Positions 37,921 through 47,900 of a stretch of 64,000 bases of DNA are shown piece after piece. The stretch is from positions 32,001 to 96,000 of the forward strand of contig JBHLKM010000006.1 in the NCBI GenBank assembly GCA_048886685.1, in the 5' to 3' direction. A model generated the notes under the pieces. That model searched no databases. It saw only the letters and a list, made by a program, of their open reading frames with translations, and had not been told where the DNA came from. Position numbers and translations under genes: made by a program. The stretch is from Candidatus Hodarchaeota archaeon. Lineage in GTDB: Archaea > Asgardarchaeota > Lokiarchaeia > Sigyniarchaeales > SOKP01. Every line of letters starts with the position of its first letter. Within the stretch, counting starts at the first letter, position 1.

Positions 37921-38770
37921 GATGGCGTTAAAAGAGATATTCATACGAGAAACAAGAGACACTATATTATCGAAGCGATTTCTGTTATACCTTACTTTAT
38001 TATTCTTACCATTGATAATGAATGTGTGGTTTTCATGGATGATGTACAAGGATCCCTCTATCATACAAGAAATGACGTCTTTTCTTCCTGATCCCATCCT
38101 TATTGTTAATCCAATGATTTGTATGATGTCATATCTAGATATGGCGACTTTCTCAATAGCTCTGATAGCGGTGCTCCATTCCAGTGATTTCATTGCAGGA
38201 GAACAATCAAGAGGTATGCTCACTCTGCTGGTTTCAAAACCACTTCACCGTTGGGAACTCATTGTAGGCAAATATTTTTCTTTTATGATTGTGTTCTTAC
38301 CACTTCTAACTCTTAATATCCTCTTGATGGCAGTTTCAATCAATATTATTGGGATTGGGACGGTTGAGGGGGATCTAGTAGGAGGTTATACCTTTGCTGT
38401 GCTTTTTTACGGCATTGTTTTTACTTCAATCGGAACACTTTTTTCTGTGTTAAGCAAACGACCTTCTGTTGCGAGCCTTGGGACAATGATCTTTTTAATC
38501 CTGTGGATGATCTTCGACTTTATGAATATTTATCTTCCTCAAACTACTGCAGATCTCCTAAATACATTCTCTTTGTCCCACTATATTAACAAAGTTCTCG
38601 GCTTCATTTCAAACGGAAAGGCAGGAATCTTCGTAACAGGCGGCATTTTAGAAGACCCCAGTATTGAAATATTCATAACTTCACTTTTCGCAATCCTAGT
38701 CATACTTACTCTCATACCCGTACTCCTCTCCGTTATTATACTCCAAAAGAAAGACATAAAAAATAGATAA
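37907..38770 (+). CDS. ABC-2 type transporter permease
   Basis: IAGEQSRGMLTLLVSKPLHRWELIVGKY, six TM helices, overlaps the ATPase gene. Confidence 0.88.
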   Translation: MRLTKMALKEIFIRETRDTILSKRFLLYLTLLFLPLIMNVWFSWMMYKDPSIIQEMTSFLPDPILIVNPMICMMSYLDMATFSIALIAVLHSSDFIAGEQSRGMLTLLVSKPLHRWELIVGKYFSFMIVFLPLLTLNILLMAVSINIIGIGTVEGDLVGGYTFAVLFYGIVFTSIGTLFSVLSKRPSVASLGTMIFLILWMIFDFMNIYLPQTTADLLNTFSLSHYINKVLGFISNGKAGIFVTGGILEDPSIEIFITSLFAILVILTLIPVLLSVIILQKKDIKNR

Positions 38771-38805
38771 CCTTATAGGCACTATACGTTAAGATTCTTC
38801 AACTT

Positions 38806-39993
38806 TCAAATTAGAAAATAGAGCCAATAAAAACCAATTAATAATATAAAAGAAATTAATATCGGTTTTCCTAAGATCTTTACAACTTTTTTGAAATCAG
38901 TTTCAAAATAATCTGTGCTATATGCAACACATGGATGAATTGGTGTGATAAGATATCCTAAAGAAATTGAAACATAAATAAAAATGAAATCTAAGAGGGG
39001 CATGATAAGAACAGCGTGTTGTACAAGGTATATGGGAATTAAGATCGAAATTGGCAATTGAATCCTGCCTGTTGCAAACCCAAGAAAAAATCCAATTAAT
39101 ATTAAAAAAAAGACAGATAAATTTAAGTTAGCTATTTCGTTAGGAGCTCCAGAAATAATAAATACCTCTAAAAATATAAACATGGCAAAAATTATCAATG
39201 GAAAACGCCAAATCTTCATTCTTTTCGATATTCTTTTAATACTAGAGAACTTCATATTTCCAAACCTTAAAGCTAACCAAATACTAAAACTCAGGGCAAC
39301 AAGAAGAAATATTTCAGGAACACGCAAATCGAAAATAGTTCTCCCAATAAAATCGATTATGGGGGCAATAATAATTGGAAGCATGTTATGAAATGCTCTG
39401 TTAAGATCTCTCTCTCCCTGTTCTGAAAAAGGTGTAATATCTTTAATCAACGTGAAATATCCAACTAACCACATTATTATCAAACAAGGCAATAATCCAA
39501 GTACTATTATATAAAGATTAAGATCAGTAAGAATGCTTGCTAAAATTAATGATGAAGATAAAGGATAAATCAGGATGAGCATATGCCGATACCAAACATT
39601 AATTGATACTTTTTTACTTGATTCTTCTTCAGAATCAATCTGTTCTACAATAGGAGCTGACATCAATGCTCCTCCTGGTACAGGTAATAACCCAAATAAT
39701 GCAGGGATGACCATAAGAGAAGCTTTCCTTGAAACTCGCATTTTTTGAATCATCTCCATCATTAAACCAGATTCTTCCATGATTCCTCCTAAAATTGGTA
39801 TAAGAGTTACGATAATTATCAATAAAAGAATAGTTGGATCTGTAACTACATTGATCAAAGATTGCATGATATTTGCACCTGCCAAAATAGCAAAACCAAC
39901 AGCTCCTAAGGAAAGTGTAACACCTAACTCATACTTAGAAAGAACCATAACTAAGCTTATAATGATGATAAAACTTAGCCACGCAGGTAACAT
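38806..39993 (-). CDS. DUF401-like membrane transporter (IT superfamily)
   Basis: PALFGLLPVPGGALMSAP, NVWYRH, GYLITPIHPC. Confidence 0.8.
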   Translation of the reverse strand: MLPAWLSFIIIISLVMVLSKYELGVTLSLGAVGFAILAGANIMQSLINVVTDPTILLLIIIVTLIPILGGIMEESGLMMEMIQKMRVSRKASLMVIPALFGLLPVPGGALMSAPIVEQIDSEEESSKKVSINVWYRHMLILIYPLSSSLILASILTDLNLYIIVLGLLPCLIIMWLVGYFTLIKDITPFSEQGERDLNRAFHNMLPIIIAPIIDFIGRTIFDLRVPEIFLLVALSFSIWLALRFGNMKFSSIKRISKRMKIWRFPLIIFAMFIFLEVFIISGAPNEIANLNLSVFFLILIGFFLGFATGRIQLPISILIPIYLVQHAVLIMPLLDFIFIYVSISLGYLITPIHPCVAYSTDYFETDFKKVVKILGKPILISFILLIGFYWLYFLI

Positions 39994-40091
39994 ATCTTTA
40001 AAAATAAATGGTTTTTAGATAATGTTTCGAATTTCTTTCTTGATTTGAATTATCACAAAATTTTTTTTATTCGTAATTTTATCAAAGTTGA

Positions 40092-41096
40092 ATGAAAGAA
40101 ATTTATCCTGGAATATTTTTAATTGAGGAAAAAGGGAGATTTCGACCAAAAGATAACATATTTGTGTTAGCTGGCACTGATGGTTTGATTTTTGATGCTG
40201 GTTATGGCAATAAAGGTTCAGTTAAACAATTCTTAAAAAAATATAAAGAGATTGAGGAATATTATAAAGAGCACAAGAGAGAATTTAGAATTACACGGAT
40301 TATTGTATCACATGCCCATTCTGATCATTTCAGTGGTCTTAATGAAATTAGTAATGCTTTAGGATTAAAAATTATTCTAACAAAAAATATTGCGGCAAAA
40401 ATAAAAGATAGAGTTAGCTTCAACAGAAGCTATCAAGTTGATGACTATGAAGATAATTTGAGAATCAGGAAAAATATCGTGCGCAAAATATGGGGATATC
40501 TCAGAAACTTGGGTGAAAATACTGTCTATAAAAGGATATTCGGACTTTCTTATTTAAATAGACCAGATGGAATAATAGAAGAAAATTCAGAAATTGTCAT
40601 TAATGGGGAGAATTGGAATATTTTTAATTCTCCGGGACATTCTCCTGATCATATCTCACTTTATAATGAAGCAAAAGGAATTTTGTTTTCTGGGGACAAT
40701 GTTTTAAAACAAAGATCAACTTGGCTTGGACCTCCAGAGTCCATTATTACAGATTACATTAAAACTATAAAAAAATATCAGAATTTACCTAATATAAAAC
40801 TAATCCTTCCAGCACATGGTGAAATCATCGAAAACCCAAAAGAAACTCTTAACGCAATTTTAACACGTATGAAAGAAAGGGAAGAACAATTATTAGCAGC
40901 TATTAAAAAACATTCAGAGAATGGTCTTTCACCAGAAAAACTCACTAAAATAATATATAATAGAAATAGAAAGTTTATTCAAATAATTGCACGAGATTGG
41001 ATTGTGTTGACATTAAAAAAGTTGGAAAAAGAGAGTCTTATAAAGCGCAGAATTATAAAAAGGAAGATATTATTTTTTCCCGTTGATAAGGGGTAA
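40092..41096 (+). CDS. Metallo-beta-lactamase fold hydrolase with C-terminal winged helix
   Basis: SHAHSDHFSG, PGHSPDH, FSGD, LPAHG. Confidence 0.9.
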   Translation: MKEIYPGIFLIEEKGRFRPKDNIFVLAGTDGLIFDAGYGNKGSVKQFLKKYKEIEEYYKEHKREFRITRIIVSHAHSDHFSGLNEISNALGLKIILTKNIAAKIKDRVSFNRSYQVDDYEDNLRIRKNIVRKIWGYLRNLGENTVYKRIFGLSYLNRPDGIIEENSEIVINGENWNIFNSPGHSPDHISLYNEAKGILFSGDNVLKQRSTWLGPPESIITDYIKTIKKYQNLPNIKLILPAHGEIIENPKETLNAILTRMKEREEQLLAAIKKHSENGLSPEKLTKIIYNRNRKFIQIIARDWIVLTLKKLEKESLIKRRIIKRKILFFPVDKG

Positions 41097-41158
41097 ATGA
41101 AAAAAATTTCTACAATTAAACTTGCCCAATATTTTTGAGATAATAATTTCCTATAAAT

Positions 41159-41647
41159 TTATGCAACATCAACTTTAGAAAGGTTTTTTTTCCATTTAAG
41201 AGATTTAACTTTAATCATTCTAATATAGACTATCAAATAACCCGCAGGAACTGCAATAACAAACCCCCATAATGGAGATTTAAAAATGAATATGATACTT
41301 CCAATTGGATAAAGCAATCGAATAAAAAATTTTATCATTCGATTCTTAAATGGTTTTTTTCTAATTATTTGAATTGAATATTGGAGAATTGAGGGAATCC
41401 AGCATATAAAAAAAATCGTGAGAATTATGGGTAGACTGAGGAAATTTGTGATATAATAATAAAATAGGTTACCCATTATTAATGCAATAGTAACGCCCAA
41501 AGCAAAAGCAAAACATCCTATACAAACAGCATAGTTAAAAATATAAAATACATGATCATCGAAATCATTACGTTCTGGATTATGATGTGCTAACCAAGAA
41601 ATTATTATTTTATTATCCTTATGAAGATCTTCCTTTTGACTTTGCAT
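41159..41647 (-). CDS. Membrane protein, DUF2085-like
   Basis: AHH...H...VCIGC followed by about four TM helices. Confidence 0.55.
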   Translation of the reverse strand: MQSQKEDLHKDNKIIISWLAHHNPERNDFDDHVFYIFNYAVCIGCFAFALGVTIALIMGNLFYYYITNFLSLPIILTIFFICWIPSILQYSIQIIRKKPFKNRMIKFFIRLLYPIGSIIFIFKSPLWGFVIAVPAGYLIVYIRMIKVKSLKWKKNLSKVDVA

Positions 41648-41719
41648 ACTTCTGTTTTATCTAATTCATTTAATATTCTAAGTCTAATTATTTCTTAAAC
41701 TCAATATATTCGATTTCTA

Positions 41720-42493
41720 TCAATCACAATCACAGTCACAATCATCACAAGCGCACGCAAAGGGTAGAATACAGCATTGTCCTTTAGTTCCTATAGTAAT
41801 TAATATGAAACCTATAACTATCACTGTTATTCCTGCATTAAATGGCATTCCTCCCCTAAAAAATGAGGTTATACCCCAAATCATTAAGATTATTCCTACT
41901 AAAGCTATGACAATAAGCACGGCTAATGCTTGATTTACTGCTACTGGTGGTTTTGATCTGGGTGTTGGGATTGTAGAGTATTCAGCGGTTGTTATTGGTA
42001 CTTTTGATTCTTTATCAGGTGTTTCTAGTAATTTTAAGTCTTTAGCAGTCTTAACTCTAATTTCAACGGGGAATGCAAATGAATGGCCAAGATTAGATTC
42101 TAATTCAGCAGTTAACGTAAAAGAACCTAGATATTTAGGTAAAATAATTACTGGAGCGCTTACTTTTTGTCCACTTAGAATTGTGCCGTAATAATTGTAT
42201 CCCGATATTACTTCAACTAGGTCTGTACCAAAAAGCTGAACTTTTACACCCTGTATCGAATATGGAGTAGTGTTATGAACGGTTATATTAAACTCATTTG
42301 ACACTTTTGTAATTACATACACAACATTAGCATCCCCTTCAAGGGAAACTTTAAAATCTGATTCTGCAATTGAAATATCACTTGCACTGGGGCTCTCCTT
42401 GAGAATATCAATCACTTCTGTTAAATCTTCGCCGCAATTAGGACAGAATTTCGCATCATCAGATATGTTTGCACCACAATTAGTACAAAACAT
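41720..42493 (-). CDS. Zinc ribbon, Ig-like domain, 2 TM helices and a Cys/Asp C-terminal tail
   Basis: MFCTNCG...FCPNCG, FNITVHNTT..IQGVKV, ends GQCCILPFACACDDCDCDCD. Confidence 0.75.
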   Translation of the reverse strand: MFCTNCGANISDDAKFCPNCGEDLTEVIDILKESPSASDISIAESDFKVSLEGDANVVYVITKVSNEFNITVHNTTPYSIQGVKVQLFGTDLVEVISGYNYYGTILSGQKVSAPVIILPKYLGSFTLTAELESNLGHSFAFPVEIRVKTAKDLKLLETPDKESKVPITTAEYSTIPTPRSKPPVAVNQALAVLIVIALVGIILMIWGITSFFRGGMPFNAGITVIVIGFILITIGTKGQCCILPFACACDDCDCDCD

Positions 42494-42710
42494 TTTAATT
42501 CATACCTTATCTAGTTGGTTTCTTTTTTTATTAGTGATAAAAAATATGAAGTAACTTTACAATTTAAACGTGAGTTTTTAATTATTGAATGAAATATATT
42601 AACTTTTTTCTAAATTAATAAATACATTCAATTAAGTACTCAATCTGATTTTACAAAAATCCCACACCGATATTGTTTTTAAAAGGAAAAAATATCTTTC
42701 TCTCTTTAAT

Positions 42711-44858
42711 ATGCAAATTGAATCAAAGAAGTATTTTAATAGACCATATCTTAAAAACAATATCATTCATTATCGACATTATCAAAATAATATAATAAAT
42801 AGTTGTAAAAATAAAAATTCTTTAGTAGTTTTACCAACTGGGTTAGGAAAAACAATAATTGGGATTTTACTTGTTGCTTATTCTCTAAAAAAATATCCAA
42901 AGGCAAAAATAATAATCCTTGCCCCAACTAGACCCTTAGTTTCTCAGCATAGGGCTTCTTGTGAGAAATTTCTTAACATTAAATCTGAAAGAATAATATC
43001 ATTTACAGGTAAGATTTCTCCAGAAAAGAGAATCCTTTTATATAAAAAAGCAAAGATTATTATCTCTACACCTCAAGTAATAAATAATGACCTAGTAAGA
43101 GGGCGTTATGATTTAAGACATGTTTCATTAATTATCTTCGATGAAGCTCATAAAACGAAGGGAAATTACTCTTATAATTTAATCTCAAAAGAATATATTA
43201 ACACTTGTAATGATCCATTGATTCTAGCACTAACAGCATCCCCAGGAAAAGATTATGACCGTATTCAATTAATATGTAATAACTTGCATATCGAAAATAT
43301 TGTTTTTAGAAATTACGAGGATGAGGATGTTAAAGATTATATCTATAACATTGACACTTACATAAATTTGGTAGCCCTACCGATAAAAGCGTTAGAATTA
43401 AGCCATGTATGGCAAAACTTGTTTAGCAAATTCTTAAAATTCTTTATAGATAGAGAGTTGATTAACCCATACAAGAAATATTACTCAAAATTAGATTTTC
43501 TGAGAATTACCCATGATTTATCTCTTTCATTCAGATATGAAAGGGATAATATCACGGAGGAAAAGTATTTAGCTTACCTATTTTATACTGATCCAAAAAT
43601 AATCGATATAATTAAAGAAAATGATATTGATGTGAATTCAGTATATTCCTACTGCTCAAGTTGTATTTCATTACTACATGCTAAAGACCTAATTGAAACT
43701 CAAAATATTACACTTTTTATTTCTTTTTTAGAGAAAATTAAACGTAGAGCTGAACAAGGGATATCATCTGCCAAGAGAATAGTGAATTCGAAACAATTTA
43801 AGTATATTAACTCTGCGATAGAAGAAGAAAGTTTGTTGGATTTAACTCATCCAAAAATAAACAAGATTATTTCGATCATACATGAAGAAATAGAGGAATT
43901 TGATAATAAAAAAATCATAATTTTTGCACAATTTAGAGAGATGGCAGAATTCTTAAAGAACAAACTAAGTGAGGAATTTCAAAATCAATTGATAATTGAG
44001 AAGTTTATTGGCCAATCTTCAAAAATTAATGATATTGGATTTTCTCAAAAAATACAAATAGAGACTTTAGAAAAATTTAAAGAAAATAAAATCAATGTGT
44101 TAATCGCCACTAGTGTCGCTGAAGAAGGAATAGATATACCAAATGTAGACGCTATAATTTTTTATGAACCAATTCCTTCTGAAATCAGATTAATTCAAAG
44201 ACGGGGAAGAACTGGTAGATATGCCCCTGGAAGATGCTATATACTTGTAACTGAAGATACCGTTGATATTCCATTCTACATTGTTGCTAGAAGAAAAGAA
44301 GGTACTATGAAATCAGTTCTAGCAGATTATGAGGGAATTAAGTTATGTGAGAATTTCGAACGCAAATCAATGATATTCCCAATACCTGGAATAAAAAAAT
44401 GTTCTGATTTAGAAGTTGTTCAAAATTTCAAAGAAAGAAAGGAGAGAGAAAGAGAAATTTTAGCGAACCATTCCATTGAGGATATTCTTAATCAATTAGA
44501 TGAATTCTGTAATAGTAAGGAATATGAAAAATTAAAGGAATGTGGTGTGACTTTTTATTCAGATTTAATAAAAATGGATCTTCCCGCTATGAAAAAAAAG
44601 GTATTAAGATTGAAGGGAAAAACAACTACTCCTCAAAATAAGAAAAAGAAGTATCTGAATAAAAATGTAAAATTGTTAATAAATATGGTAAAAATTTATG
44701 GGGATAATGATAAAATCGATATTAAGAAATTACTGGAGCTTGCTCAGGAGGAAGAAATTGTAAATCGAAAGTTCTATGTATGTTTTAATCAAGCTTGTTT
44801 TCAAGGTTATCTTAGAAAGCAAGAGAATTGTGTTCAATTTATTAAGGATTATGAATAA
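42711..44858 (+). CDS. hef: Hef/FANCM/Mph1-family SF2 helicase without an XPF nuclease domain
   Basis: LPTGLGKT, APTRPLV, DEAH, LTASPG, ATSVAEEGIDIP, IQRRGRTGR. Confidence 0.88.
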   Translation: MQIESKKYFNRPYLKNNIIHYRHYQNNIINSCKNKNSLVVLPTGLGKTIIGILLVAYSLKKYPKAKIIILAPTRPLVSQHRASCEKFLNIKSERIISFTGKISPEKRILLYKKAKIIISTPQVINNDLVRGRYDLRHVSLIIFDEAHKTKGNYSYNLISKEYINTCNDPLILALTASPGKDYDRIQLICNNLHIENIVFRNYEDEDVKDYIYNIDTYINLVALPIKALELSHVWQNLFSKFLKFFIDRELINPYKKYYSKLDFLRITHDLSLSFRYERDNITEEKYLAYLFYTDPKIIDIIKENDIDVNSVYSYCSSCISLLHAKDLIETQNITLFISFLEKIKRRAEQGISSAKRIVNSKQFKYINSAIEEESLLDLTHPKINKIISIIHEEIEEFDNKKIIIFAQFREMAEFLKNKLSEEFQNQLIIEKFIGQSSKINDIGFSQKIQIETLEKFKENKINVLIATSVAEEGIDIPNVDAIIFYEPIPSEIRLIQRRGRTGRYAPGRCYILVTEDTVDIPFYIVARRKEGTMKSVLADYEGIKLCENFERKSMIFPIPGIKKCSDLEVVQNFKERKEREREILANHSIEDILNQLDEFCNSKEYEKLKECGVTFYSDLIKMDLPAMKKKVLRLKGKTTTPQNKKKKYLNKNVKLLINMVKIYGDNDKIDIKKLLELAQEEEIVNRKFYVCFNQACFQGYLRKQENCVQFIKDYE

Positions 44859-44921
44859 CCTAATTCTGACTCTAACTCATTTTATAGTTTCATAAGAGTA
44901 AAACAGGAATAAATTCAATTA

Positions 44922-47900
44922 TCAACTAATTTTTTCCTCCTTTTTCCTTATTGAATAATAAACTATTAATAATATTGTGATGATTATGGGGAGAGCAATA
45001 GCAGCAGGATTATTTCCACTAAATAGGAATAGATACCATGAAATAGTTATAATTGAACCAAAAAATGCAATTATGGGACCATATTGGACAGCAAAATTTC
45101 TAATATTATGTCTTAGCATCTGAAATTTATAATTTGTGCTTTTTATTACTTCTAATTCAGATTCATCAATTTCATCTAATATTTCTGGATTTTCAAAATA
45201 TATTAAAAATCGGGGATCATACTTCCCTTGTAGTTCTCCTGTGCTTATTAGATAGAGTAAATGATCTTGTATGTTCTTTTTCCTAATTTTCAATTCATTA
45301 TTTAAAAAACTTATTGTTAAATATTCATTAGCAACAGCCTTAATTGTCATTTCAATATAGGATTTCAATATTAATCTTTCAAGCGATTTTACTTTTTCAT
45401 CTAAGATCTCATTATATTCACTGATAAATTTATTAAAATCTTCTAAAACAAATCTAGATATTTGGTTAAAGTTTTTTGACTGTCTATTGTATTCTCTAAT
45501 TTGTGTAGTAGCTGTTTTACTAATCTCTTTAATCTCTGTTTCAATACTTTTCGCTCTCTTTTGAATTATCACATTTACCTTTTTAAATTCTTTAATTTCT
45601 ATGTTATCCTCTACCTTTCTTTCAAGATTTCCAAGCAACTGGCTCAATTTAATTTTACTGTTATTTATAAAATCTATTAGTTTCCCACGGAAAGTTTCAT
45701 TTTTCATAATCTCTAATTGGTCGTTAACTTTTTCTATCCTAGTACTGAATTCCTCTAAAAATTCGTTCTTCTCCCCTACAAACATTTCTCTTATCTCTGG
45801 TATGAATTTATTCGTACCTTCTGTTTTATTTGCAATATTCCTAAATTCATTTTCTATATTATCTTCTACTTGCCTCGATTTTTCTCTAAAATCCTGTTTC
45901 TTATTTTCAAAATCTTCTTGAATATTAATATAGGAATCTTTATTTTCAGACTCTTTCAAAAATCTATTATAATATTCTTTTAACTCTATTTTAAGTGAAT
46001 TATATTGTTGTACAATGAATTTTTGCATGGAATTAAAGAGACCTAAATTAAAACTTATTTTACTCATAGCATTTTTATCATTTTCTATTATTGATTCGAA
46101 ATATTCTTTAGTTTTAAGGAATTCTTCCCTTTCTTGATTTATTTGAAGCTCCTCTACTTTATTATAAAAATTCTTTGGGATCACTTCCTCAAAAACTCTT
46201 AGATCACTTATTCTATTTTGAAGTTCTAACATATTTGTGCTTAAGGTCAAGTTTCTAATACTTGAGTCATAAAGAGCTAATATCTTACCAACCCTTTCTC
46301 TGTTTGATTTTAATAATTGATTTTCAACGTAATTTCTTAATTCTTTGTTTAAATAATAAAAATCTGTATATAATAGAATAGTTTTATCGTTCTCATTCAA
46401 TTCAGCATTTATTTTTGATATATCTATCATATCTTTTAATCTATTTATTAAAACCTTGCATGAGAGTTTTACTTCATCTTTTAAGTCTATGAGTTTAATA
46501 TTATTGGTTTTTTTCTCTATTGCCATTACATTTATTTTATTAGATATTATGTCATTAATATATTCATTTCTTAAATCAGAAATTTCATTATGAAAGAAAC
46601 CCGTGAATTTTTCCCACTGAAGAATTGTTAATTTGGATTTCTCATTAAAATCTTCAATATTTTTGTTACAATTAGTAAATTTTTTAGAGAATAGTTTATT
46701 TGTCTTGTCGAAACTAGAACCAAGAAGGTCAAATTCGTTCTTTATAACTGCAATTGTTAAATTACTTGATTGATTAAATTTATTCTTGATATTCGTTAAC
46801 TCTGTTTTTAATTTAATAACCTCTTGTGAAACAAATTCATCAAAATCTTTTATTTCAGTTTTATTCCTTTCTTCTATGACCTTATCTTTTAAAGATTGTG
46901 AATGTTTAGCTACGGAATCAATAATAGTCGATTCTAAATTTTCAAGATTATTCAGTAAATGCTTATAAAGCAAATAGAGTTTTTGCTTTTCTTTAATTTT
47001 ATCCTTAACAATAGATTGAATATTTTTAATTTCAGTAAGTTTTTCACTCAATATTACATCAGATTCTTTCTTAATGAATTCGAAAGCCTCCTGAAATTGA
47101 TTTTCTCTTATTTTATTTCTAATAATTTCACCGATTTTTGAAATATCATTATTTAATTTTTCATTTATAGCATTTATCTTTTTTAAATTCGTCTTAAAAA
47201 ATTGAAAACCCTCATGATAATATTTATATTCATTTTCGTATTTTTCTTTTATTTCTACCCATTTTTTAATTGTTTCTCTATGGTTTTCGACAATTTCATT
47301 TTCTTTTGTAGTAATTTGTTGAGATATCTTAAATATTGCTTTATCATACTTGTTAATATCCTCGAAAATTTGATTCAATTGAGGAATTACTAGATTAAAT
47401 TTGTTTTCAATATATTCTCTCTCGAGCGTTTCACTAAAAAGCTTCTTAAAAGCATCTAGTTTCTTCTTCAGATCTTCTTCTACTACAATAAGTTTTTCAT
47501 TCAGGTTTTCCAGTAATTTGTTTAAATTTCTTATCGTTTCCTTTTCTTGAATCTTACTTTTAAGATAAGAGTCAACTTCTACTAGCTTTTTTTGTAGAGT
47601 GGAATATACTTTATTCCATTGAGCTATTTCAGTCTCTAATATAGTCCGGATATTACAATAATATAAAATTTCATTAAATGAATTTTCAATGTTCTCATTT
47701 AGAAAGTCAGCTTCCATTACGACATCTCTTATTATAAATTTCAATCTTTCCTTAGCATAATCAATTTCATCAATTAGAAGATAACTATCTATTTCTTCTT
47801 TAATTTGATTTCCTATATTTTTAAGTTTTAAAGTCATATTATATATATCATTCTTAATATCCTCTACTTTCTCCTTTTCTTCCGTAATTCTTTCTGTATT

